A DNA stretch of 46,062 nt from positions 1 to 46,062 of the forward strand of contig RDOE01000019.1 in the NCBI GenBank assembly GCA_011364975.1, given 5' to 3'. Under the pieces are notes generated by a model, which worked only from the letters and a program-made list of their open reading frames with translations, searched no databases and was not told the origin of the DNA. Source of the stretch: Promethearchaeota archaeon (lineage in GTDB: Archaea; Asgardarchaeota; Lokiarchaeia; Sigyniarchaeales; SOKP01). This document shows, piece by piece, positions 29,075 to 38,500 of the stretch (positions within the stretch are counted from its first letter, which is position 1; every line of letters begins with the position of its first letter). Position numbers and translations under genes: made by a program.

Positions 29075-30325
29075 ATGCCAAAAGATATACCAAAGATAAT
29101 TAGCATTTTTTCCAAATTTTTGGATTTGAAAGAAGTTAAAATTAGTAAATTAGAAACTCTTGAGGATGTGAAAAAATTACCGCTCCATTCCTATAAATTT
29201 CTTGCTAAGAGTGAAGCTAAGCTTTTAAAAGAAATTTTAGAGATTTCTAGCATTGAAGAAGTGGCACAGTTAGATAAAGAAAACCCTTTTAAAAAAGTAG
29301 AAAATCTTAGTGCAACAAAGGATCCGATCAAATCTGCAGAATTGCAAGAAGAGATGAATAAAAAGGTAGCCCTTCTTAAAGAAAACAATCCAAATCTTGA
29401 AAATAATTTAAAGAAGGCAATAAAAATAAGCGCTATTATCACTAATATTGCAGATCAAGATATTCTCCTAGAAAAAAAAGCACAAAAAGTTGTAGTAGTA
29501 GGCTTAGATAATGCCGGTAAGACAGCAATTTTGTCTAAATTTGGAGGGCGCCTTGGTATAAATGATTTAGTGAATTTAAAGCCAACTAAGGGAGTAGATC
29601 GTCATTACATTGAGACTGAGAACACAGAATTAGATTTATATATTTGGGATATGGGAGGGCAATTAGAGTACCGGAATAAGTATATTCAGAGTCCAGAACA
29701 GTATTTCCTTGAATTAGATTTATTAATTTATGTTATTGATGTACAAGATTCCGATAGATTCGCAGAATCTTTTGAATATTTTGAAGAAATTTTGGAAATC
29801 TTATCCCTTTTAGAAGAAAATCCATTCATCTTAATTTATATCCATAAAGTCGATCCTGATTTAAGGAAAGATCCTGAATTGATGCTTAATATAGAACTTT
29901 TAAAAGAAAACCTTAATCAGCTTTTAACTCATTATGGTTTTGATTATGAGGCATATTTAACCTCTATATTTTCATTAATTTCCAATGAACCGCAATTTTC
30001 CAAATATCTTAAAGAAGTAATGACAACTAGTGATTCCTTAACTAATCCTACATTGAAGAAAGTAGAAGGATTAGGCAAAACTTTAGAGGAAACCATGAAT
30101 GCTGTGATTCGGTTATCAGAAAGTATTTCTAGACAATTATCTGATTTAGAAAGTAGAATTAGAGCCATTGAAGTTGGAGCATTTCAGATGGCTCAAAGTG
30201 GCATTCCTCTCGATATCACACAACCTAATCAGAATATAGGACCAAGAGGGTCCGGAGATTCTAGACTTAAGGTTTTAGATGAATTAAAAAATTTGTTTGA
30301 AAAGAAACGAAAACTAAATCTGTAG
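29075..30325 (+). CDS. Arf-like small GTPase with N-terminal HhH-like extension and C-terminal coiled coil
   Basis: G1 GLDNAGKT, G2 PTKG, G3 WDMGGQ, YVIDVQDSDRF, G4 HKVD, G5 TSI, then a heptad region. Confidence 0.88.
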   Translation: MPKDIPKIISIFSKFLDLKEVKISKLETLEDVKKLPLHSYKFLAKSEAKLLKEILEISSIEEVAQLDKENPFKKVENLSATKDPIKSAELQEEMNKKVALLKENNPNLENNLKKAIKISAIITNIADQDILLEKKAQKVVVVGLDNAGKTAILSKFGGRLGINDLVNLKPTKGVDRHYIETENTELDLYIWDMGGQLEYRNKYIQSPEQYFLELDLLIYVIDVQDSDRFAESFEYFEEILEILSLLEENPFILIYIHKVDPDLRKDPELMLNIELLKENLNQLLTHYGFDYEAYLTSIFSLISNEPQFSKYLKEVMTTSDSLTNPTLKKVEGLGKTLEETMNAVIRLSESISRQLSDLESRIRAIEVGAFQMAQSGIPLDITQPNQNIGPRGSGDSRLKVLDELKNLFEKKRKLNL

Positions 30326-30375
30326 TTTCTTTTTTTTATAGCTAAAATCGGTTCTTGATTTATTAGTAAATCTTA

Positions 30376-31086
30376 TCATCTTATTGATAAGAAATCACGA
30401 ATTTTTTTCAATATCGCAACTAACATGATAATAATATACAATCCGACTACAAATAATGAATAAAGTAAGTTTTCAAATAAAAGAGAATTGATCTTTTGAA
30501 ACTGAATCTCAATCGTGGTAATTTGTTCGAAATATATCAATATATTTATTATTATTGGCGCTAAGATAAACATTGATACGAAAAAACCAATAATCCCCAT
30601 AAGAGCTCCAAATATAACATCAGTAGGATAATGAACACCTAATTGTATTCTGGAAAATGCTACTAATCCTATTAAAATGAAAATAATTACGATCAACCAC
30701 GGATATGGATTTAAATAAATTATAATTAACCCTTGAGACATAACATTATAAGCATGCCATGAAGGAAAACTCCGAGATGAGGGTTTCCTTTCCAAAACTT
30801 TAATATTTTGTAGAGTCTCAAAAGGGCGATCTCTTCCTATCAACTTTTTTATTGAGGCTATGATAATAGTTCCTATTAGAAAAGTTGAAGCTATAAATGA
30901 AAATAGTACTCTATCATACCAAATAAACATAAATAATACAATGAGTGTAAGCCAAATTGTTTCTCTCCCTAAAATTGAAATGCCCTTTAATAAAAATGTA
31001 AAAGACTTCCCTCCATAACCATTATATTTTAATATCGTTTTTTTATCCCATTTAACCAGTTTCTGAAAAAAATATTCCGAATTCAT
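30376..31086 (-). CDS. PAP2-family membrane phosphatase
   Basis: KKLIGRDRP, SFPSWHA and SRIQLGVHYPTD motifs, plus TM helices. Confidence 0.9.
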   Translation of the reverse strand: MNSEYFFQKLVKWDKKTILKYNGYGGKSFTFLLKGISILGRETIWLTLIVLFMFIWYDRVLFSFIASTFLIGTIIIASIKKLIGRDRPFETLQNIKVLERKPSSRSFPSWHAYNVMSQGLIIIYLNPYPWLIVIIFILIGLVAFSRIQLGVHYPTDVIFGALMGIIGFFVSMFILAPIIINILIYFEQITTIEIQFQKINSLLFENLLYSLFVVGLYIIIMLVAILKKIRDFLSIR

Positions 31087-31092
31087 TGTAAA

Positions 31093-31893
31093 TCACTTAA
31101 TTACGATTGAATTAATAAAGTCGTATGCATCTTTCACTTCAGGTAACTGTTCTTTGAAATATTCAATATCATGAGAATCAGACCCTACAAAAAAGTTAGC
31201 ACCCTCACTTCTTAATTTAAATACTACTTCTTTGGATGGAAACGAACGATTAATAGGGAATTTAAATCCTGATAAATTATATTCAATGTTAATTTTATTT
31301 TTCATACATAATTTACCAAGTTCTAATACTCTATCATCAGATGTATCTAAATCATTAGGAGGTTTAATGTCATTACTATTTATGTACCGAAAGATCGTAT
31401 CTATATGACAAATATTTTTAAATATTTTAGATTGGATCAACTTTTTGGATATATCAAAATAGTCATCCACAATTTGTTTTATAGGCACCTTTTCAATAAA
31501 TTTTAATAAAAGATCACGAGAAGTCACAGGATATCCAAATATCCATTCATGGATCGTGCCTGCAATAAAGTCTAATTCTTTACCGTAATCATCCATGAAA
31601 TCTAGAAGATCATTTTCTTTTTCCTGATAATATTCAACTTCTAATCCACTTAATATGAAATCATAGGTTTCTTTTAATTTGTCAACTTCTTCAAGATAAT
31701 CCGCTATTTTCTCACCATAAAAAGGATTTCTTTTATCACTCTCTACATAATATAATTCAAAGTGTTCAAGAAAACATATATTGATTCTTTCCTTTTCTGC
31801 AATCTTTATATAATCTTCAAAATCCGGGCCATCTTCGATAATATCAGCGCTCCAATTGGTATGTATATGGTAATCTGTATACTTGTAATGCAT
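31093..31893 (-). CDS. PHP-domain phosphatase (HisJ/histidinol-phosphatase-like)
   Basis: DYHIHT, LEH, GLEVEY, TIH, CHID, GSDSHD. Confidence 0.88.
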   Translation of the reverse strand: MHYKYTDYHIHTNWSADIIEDGPDFEDYIKIAEKERINICFLEHFELYYVESDKRNPFYGEKIADYLEEVDKLKETYDFILSGLEVEYYQEKENDLLDFMDDYGKELDFIAGTIHEWIFGYPVTSRDLLLKFIEKVPIKQIVDDYFDISKKLIQSKIFKNICHIDTIFRYINSNDIKPPNDLDTSDDRVLELGKLCMKNKINIEYNLSGFKFPINRSFPSKEVVFKLRSEGANFFVGSDSHDIEYFKEQLPEVKDAYDFINSIVIK

Positions 31894-31938
31894 GTGAATC
31901 CAAACTTTATAATGTAGAAATCAAGATAAAAATAATTA

Positions 31939-33858
31939 TTAGTAATCCATCGAATTCTCTTTATCAAAAAAGACTTCATAAAATAATTCCTTTTCACCCG
32001 CTTCAGGAGGATTTATCTTGGTATAACCCCCCTTCTTGATGACATGCACCGTTTCTTTATTTTCTATGTGAATATTACCATAAAATCCTTTTATGCCTTT
32101 TTCTTTTGCAATAATAATTAAATGGTGATATAAAAATGAACCGATCCCTTTTCCTCTATAATCCCCTCTTACAATAAAACTATACTCTGCCATGTTATTA
32201 TTAGGATTTAAATAATAAGTTGCGTTCCCAATCATTTCTTCATGACCGATTTCTCCTACAAAAGCCGCAATTGAAAAAACACTATTATAATCAACATTTA
32301 CCTCATTTTGTGTTTTTGAATGACTAAATTCTTTTCTAACTTCAAAAAATCTTAAATATCTGTCTCGTTCATTCAATGAATAATATAAATCTTTCAAAAG
32401 TGGTTCATCCGTAGTTCTTATTGGACGAATTCTCATTTTTTCATTGGCTTTCGTCGTAAAAATTGTTTCATATTCACTGGGATAAAGACAAATCTTACCC
32501 TCGTCATCACATGGTAAGATCTGATCAGAAAATACATAATTCAATCTTTTAGCATGTTCTAATAGTTCTTCTCTAAACTTAGGATGAGCTATACAAATTA
32601 ATTCAAGAACACGTTCTCTTATTGATTTACCGTGTAAATAAGCAACACCCCATTCAGTCACTACATAATGTATATCCGCACGTGAAAAAATGACACCTGC
32701 ACCCTCATCTAAATGAGGTACAATTGTAGAAATAGTTTCATTTTTTTTAGTCGATGGTAATACTATTATCGGTTTTCCTCCCTTAGAAAATGCTGCACCC
32801 CGTATAAAATCCACAGTGTCTCCGATCCCCGAATAAAAATTATATCCTTTTGAAGAGGTATTCACCTGTCCTGTTAAATCTATCTGTAATGCTTGATTTA
32901 TAGAAACCATATTTTTATTCATACCGATATATTTTGGATTGCAAACATAATCCGTTGGGTAGAATTCGATATAGGGATTGTTATTAACAAAATCAAATAA
33001 CTTTCTAGTTCCTAGTGCCATACTCGTAATAATCTTTTCTGGATGAAAATTCTTTTTTCTACAAGTTAAAACCCCATTTTCTATTAAGGGTATTATGTTA
33101 TCTGTAATATAATGACTATGCAATCCTAGATCTCTCTTTTCTGCTAAGTAGGGCAAGCAAGCATTTGGAATATAGCCATTCCCAATGTGAATCGTTGATT
33201 TGTTCTCGACTAATTTAGCTACATTCTTTCCAATTTTTTCAATAATATTATTTTTTTGCTTAAAATGAAATTCAAGTAGGGGTTTATCATTATAAACAAA
33301 AAAATCAATTTCTTTCATGTGTATAAAGCTATTTCCAAGAGTTCTCGGCATTTGTGGATTTATTTCAGCAATCGTTAAAAATGCTGATTGAGATATTGGT
33401 TTAGCTACATCTACGTTAACTCCAAATGAACAAAAACCATAACGATCTGGTGGAGTTACTTGTATCAAGGCTACATCACAATTCTTTCTTCCTGTCAAAA
33501 AAAGAGAAGGGATCTCACTAGCTAAAATAGGTGTGTAATCTGCTTGTCCTTTATTGATTTCTTCACGTAACGTTTTTCCAATAAAGAATGCATTATGTCT
33601 AAATAAATCCTCTGCTTTATCTTTAAAATATTTCTCAGGAAAAATGGTAATTAAATGAATTAATTCTGTATCGATTAACCCCTCTGAAGATTTAATTAGC
33701 TCTGCTGTGAGCGCTTGTGGTTCTGAACATGCGGTGTCTATAAAAACACGATTACCGGGAATGATTTTATGTATTGCTTCTCCAGGAGTAATCTCCTTAT
33801 CTTTCCATTTTTCTCTCCATATTGGATCTATGAGGTTAAATTGGTCCATGATAATCAT
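31939..33858 (-). CDS. Acetyl-CoA hydrolase/transferase-family domain fused to a C-terminal GNAT acetyltransferase
   Basis: DVALIQVTPPD.GFCSFG, EINPQMPRTLG, IDLTGQV, YVVTEWGVA.LHGKS..ER...LI.IAHP.FR. GNAT part: IRPI...YLRFF, AEYSFIV, YRGKGIG. Confidence 0.9.
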   Translation of the reverse strand: MIIMDQFNLIDPIWREKWKDKEITPGEAIHKIIPGNRVFIDTACSEPQALTAELIKSSEGLIDTELIHLITIFPEKYFKDKAEDLFRHNAFFIGKTLREEINKGQADYTPILASEIPSLFLTGRKNCDVALIQVTPPDRYGFCSFGVNVDVAKPISQSAFLTIAEINPQMPRTLGNSFIHMKEIDFFVYNDKPLLEFHFKQKNNIIEKIGKNVAKLVENKSTIHIGNGYIPNACLPYLAEKRDLGLHSHYITDNIIPLIENGVLTCRKKNFHPEKIITSMALGTRKLFDFVNNNPYIEFYPTDYVCNPKYIGMNKNMVSINQALQIDLTGQVNTSSKGYNFYSGIGDTVDFIRGAAFSKGGKPIIVLPSTKKNETISTIVPHLDEGAGVIFSRADIHYVVTEWGVAYLHGKSIRERVLELICIAHPKFREELLEHAKRLNYVFSDQILPCDDEGKICLYPSEYETIFTTKANEKMRIRPIRTTDEPLLKDLYYSLNERDRYLRFFEVRKEFSHSKTQNEVNVDYNSVFSIAAFVGEIGHEEMIGNATYYLNPNNNMAEYSFIVRGDYRGKGIGSFLYHHLIIIAKEKGIKGFYGNIHIENKETVHVIKKGGYTKINPPEAGEKELFYEVFFDKENSMDY

Positions 33859-34064
33859 TTAATTCATTTATTTCTAATTTCGTTAAATATGAAAAGTTAC
33901 TCTTATTATTCCCTTTAGAACGAACTAATATAGAATTAATCAAATAACTATAATAATTTTCTATTTTAAATACTTTATAAATTTCAAAAATCAGTAAAAA
34001 AAAACCTCAGTAAATTTCGAATATTAATGTAAAATTATAGAATGATTATAAAGTTTTATGGATT

Positions 34065-34373
34065 CTAATGTAAATTAAAATGCTTTTTCTTAAAAACTGC
34101 AATCAATATTACCCCAAGACTACCTGTACTAATACAAATGATCAAAGACGGAAGAAGAAAAATATAACTTTGGCTTAATATTGTACTTAAATTGAAGATT
34201 ATAACTAATAATTGAATAAACGACAAAGTAAAAAATATCCCGGCCGCAAAAATTAAACAGAGAGAAAATGTAATCTTTTGGCTATATACCATAATACAAT
34301 CACCACAAACATCTATATCTCCTTCATTATCAAAATCATATATTTCTTGACCGCAATATTTGCATTTATCCAT
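34065..34373 (-). CDS. Small zinc-finger membrane protein
   Basis: CKYC...CGDC followed by two hydrophobic segments and a basic tail. Confidence 0.65.
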   Translation of the reverse strand: MDKCKYCGQEIYDFDNEGDIDVCGDCIMVYSQKITFSLCLIFAAGIFFTLSFIQLLVIIFNLSTILSQSYIFLLPSLIICISTGSLGVILIAVFKKKHFNLH

Positions 34374-34422
34374 ATTTTTTCACAATATTTGGAATTATTA
34401 ATAATGTTTTGATCAAATAAAA

Positions 34423-34442
34423 GGAGGATAAGGGAGGATAAG
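34423..34442. repeat. Tandem 10-bp repeat GGAGGATAAG x2
   Basis: Read directly: copies at 34423-34432 and 34433-34442. Confidence 0.75.
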
Positions 34443-34758
34443 GTTATTTAAAATTATTATTACTCATTTCGTTGGTAAAATGATAATTCTCTTTTTTAAT
34501 ACTCATTTATATTAAAACCAAATTAAACTTAATTATCTCATCTATTTTAAAAATACACAAAAAATAAATAAAAATAACTTTATGGCTATAGAATATCTCT
34601 CAATATATTCAATATAACTTTAAAAACTTTTTAAGAACCCCTTACTAATGTCAATAGAGTTATAAATTTCGCGTAATAACTTATTAGATTTATAAATTTA
34701 CATTAATTTAAATACTTCAAAAAAAGAAATCGCTAATTCAACACTATAAATTATAATT

Positions 34759-35532
34759 ATGGAGCTTTTGGATCTTTTTTTTGGAGGTTTTAGTATAATA
34801 TTTTTAGGAATATTCCTAACTTTAATTTTGATTCTATTAGCGAAATCTATTGGTCATTATCCAGAACCCCTTCCAAGATCAGAAAAACCTAAAAGGGAAG
34901 TATTGGATTCAATAATTTTTTGGATGATTAATTTTGTCTGGTTATCGTTTTTCATTTTTCTTCTTAATCCCATTTTTATAAATTTATTTGGAGATTCATA
35001 TTATATAGGATTAGTTGTAGGAACTCTCATTAGCTTAATCATCCCATCCATTTATGTGATTTATAAGGATAAGTGGAATGTTAACGATCTAGCTCTCGGA
35101 ACCAAGGTAAAATCTTGGCCGATCGCAATGTATAGTATTATTTTCTACCTTTTATTTGGGATTTACAACTTCTTTAGATTAGTTCCAATTCAATTACCTT
35201 GGTATTCTTTATTGCTATTATTCTATTCAAACGCATTTCTAGAAGAATTTTTTTTTAGGGTTATAATTCAATCAAAATTAGAACGAGCTCTGGGACAATT
35301 TAAAGCAATAGTCTATCAGGCAATTTTATTCATGTTAATTCATATTCCCGCAAATATAATAAGGTTTACTATGGACGGATACTTACCAAGACTTATTTGG
35401 AATTTCGGTTTTCAATTGATGCATGGAATAATTTTTGGCATCATTTTTATGAAAACTAGAAATATATGGCCTTCTGTAATATGCCATTTTCTCAATAACT
35501 GGACAGGTACATTAATTTTGCTTTTTCTTTAG
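34759..35532 (+). CDS. CPBP (type II CAAX/Abi/Rce1-like) intramembrane metalloprotease
   Basis: EEFFFR, FMLIH and HFLNN motifs, multiple TM helices. Confidence 0.9.
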   Translation: MELLDLFFGGFSIIFLGIFLTLILILLAKSIGHYPEPLPRSEKPKREVLDSIIFWMINFVWLSFFIFLLNPIFINLFGDSYYIGLVVGTLISLIIPSIYVIYKDKWNVNDLALGTKVKSWPIAMYSIIFYLLFGIYNFFRLVPIQLPWYSLLLLFYSNAFLEEFFFRVIIQSKLERALGQFKAIVYQAILFMLIHIPANIIRFTMDGYLPRLIWNFGFQLMHGIIFGIIFMKTRNIWPSVICHFLNNWTGTLILLFL

Positions 35533-35554
35533 AAAGTTCAAGTAGATTCAAAAT

Positions 35555-38500
35555 TTACCTTGTACTCTGAATAAATTTTAATTCATTTTCTTTATCTCTT
35601 TCCCACTTTTTACGCTCTGAACGCAATTTAAATATATCAATATCTTTGTAGATCAATCCTTCTTGTTTTGCAGGTATGCTTCTTTCTATCCTCTCTTTTT
35701 CTGGAGTATATATAATAGAATCACCAAATTCAGCAATATTTGCAAAAAAACAGTAAGAATAAATTGATCTTCGAGCATCAAAATGGGCTGCTTTAAAATC
35801 AGTCGTTACAGGGGTAAATGCAGGATTTAATATAATATCTATAGGAGGTTCGAAATTTTTTAATTCAACTCTTAAATCCATATCAAGGAAATCTCGGCAA
35901 ATAATAATTGCTATTCTTCCAAATTCAGTATTACAGACAATTATTTTTCTTGGAATATTTGCTACGTCTATCTGTTCCTTAATTTCTAATCCTTCAAATC
36001 TCATTATTGCGGGAATATGTTTTTCTTGCTCCCAAAGAATACCATCTGGTCCAAAAACCTTAGCAATATTTCTTTTTGTTTCTTGATCATGATAAGAACC
36101 TGGAATTATATACATCTCATATAATTTGGCAAAATCAGAAATGTCTTCTAATAACTCACCGTAATTAAGATCAATCGTCATTTCTGGAAAAAGTAATACA
36201 TTTACTTCCTCCTTGTGTGCTTTTTCAATTATGTTTTTAATTATATATCTTACATTTTCGATTTTTTCTTCTCGAAAGCTCAGTAGGCCTGAAGTTTTCA
36301 TCTCGTAAAACTCATTTAAGATATCTCCAGTTCCTGATATACCAATTTGAGCTATACCGACTCTAAATTCTCTTTTTTGAGCTCTAGGGTATTGTTTAAA
36401 TAAGTCTCTATAAATAATTTGGTATTTCTTTTTAATTATTTTTTCTCCTATAACTCTTCTTTCTTCCTCAGTGAACTGATATACTTCACCCAATCGAGGT
36501 GATTGGCTAGTTTCTAATGGACAAGCAGGCGCAATTATGCCAGTTGTACTACTGGAGATCGCAGGTTTTTTAATTGTATTTAAAGCTGAAACTAAAATCT
36601 TTTCTTCTTGTTTTAGTCTTTCCAAACGGGTTAAAATCTCGTTTTCCTTATCTTTATAACCCGCTTTACTAAAAAGCTCTAAGTGCCATATTGCATCGAA
36701 ATAAGTTGATGTAGCTAATGCCCAATCCCCCCCATTTTTAAAACCTCCTTTCTCATAAGAAGATGCTGCTGTTCGTAACATTGTTTTGATTTTAGGATAC
36801 AATTTAGCTTTCATTTTAGAATCATAAATTTCATCAAATTCACATCCAAGTTCTAAAGCTTGGCAAAAAGAAGAATTTCCTGACGCTAATAATTTCAATT
36901 TACTTTCTGTGAATAAATTACTTGCTTTTATAAATAAGTTAGCAGATTCTGAAAACCTATCACGATCCTCATATTTTTCAGCAAGTTCCATGCTTTCCCA
37001 AGCTCTGCATAGATAATATACAGCCTCTAATTCTATTCTTTCTTTTTCAGTTTTAAATAGGTTGCAAACATATCTAAACTGGGAAGCTGCTGAAGCAAAT
37101 AATTCTGCAGCCGTTATATGTTCACCTTGCTTTCCTGCAATTCTTGCCTTTTCAACATCTATTCTAGCAGAACAATACGATGTCCTTAATTTAGCTACTT
37201 TTATAAGTGTCTGAATCCTTTCAATTTCCATCTTTTCTTTAGATTGGTTTAATCTTTTTTCCAGAATTTTTATTGCATTTTCAAATACAATTATCGTTGT
37301 ATTGTATTGTTCTATAGCTTCATTGTGTTTTTCTTGTTTGCTTAGTTGTTCTGCAATTTCTTGAGACGCCCATGCAGAGTAATAATTTGCTTCATAATTA
37401 AAGCTTGGTAAGTTTTTTAGAATTTCACATGCATTATCATAGCCCTCCTTAGCTTTTTGATGATTTTCACTTTTATGATTGATTTTTGCAATTTCAATTA
37501 AGCTCCAAGCTTTAGTATAGTTTAATTTTTCGTTAATTCTCTTTATTAATGGTTTATAATCAACTTTTTTTAATGATTCATTATACGCATTTTGTGCCAT
37601 TTCATAATAATTTGCTGAACTATTATGATACCCCAAACGATCCTCTATTCGTGCTAAGTATTCGTAACTTGCTGCTGTATATGAGTAATACCCTTTTTTT
37701 TCGCTTTCTTTCGCTACTTGGAGAAATAAATCTTTTGTTTTTATAAATATATCTTTACTACTAGTTAAGATCGCAAAATCTTCATAAAGAAGTCCTAAGC
37801 GTATTTGGGCTGTAATGATACCAGTTCGAGATTCGTTTGCATGCTCCATATACTTCTCGGAAGCATCAATAGCAAGTGATAGCATTTTAATTTCGTTTTG
37901 TTCATTCTCAGCAATATCTGCGAGAGTTTTATAAGCCCTGTAGAGAGATGAATATCCATATGCTCGAACCCACCCTCCTTCATATTTCTCAGCAATTTTA
38001 CCAACTTGTTCTGCATATTGAAGCATTTTTTGGGCATTAACCTTCTGTTGTTCATTATTTTTAGCGAGAATGGCTAATTGTGAATATGCCCAGGTTAATG
38101 CTAAATAAGAATCTGAAATAAAAGGTGATTTTGGCATTCGTGTTAAATTTAATTTTGCATATTCAATTGCTTTTTCAGCATATGATACCCTCTGTTCTGA
38201 GGTGAAATAACTCCTTTGGGCAATATTAGCATAATAAGCTCCTAATAACAAATTTACTTGGTAACTCCATAAATTATTTGTATCTTTAAATATATTTCCA
38301 ATCTCTATAAACCATTTAAGGTTAATAGAAACTTGTTTTTGGAAATAGTTAACTTTACCTCCAAGCATAGCCCACATAATCAGCCAATATATAGACTCAT
38401 TAATTAAAGCAATATCGTTTAGTCTTCTAGCGAAATCTGAAGATTTTTCTAATAATTCCAATGCTTTATCCATATACTTTCTTTGCTCATTTTCATCCTC

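Noticed and set aside
36665-36700. Possible in-frame deletion in the TPR-nitrilase at DAIWHL/ELFSKAGY, where a helix seems to be missing
   Set aside because: Only an impression from repeat periodicity. It cannot be supported without aligning homologs.
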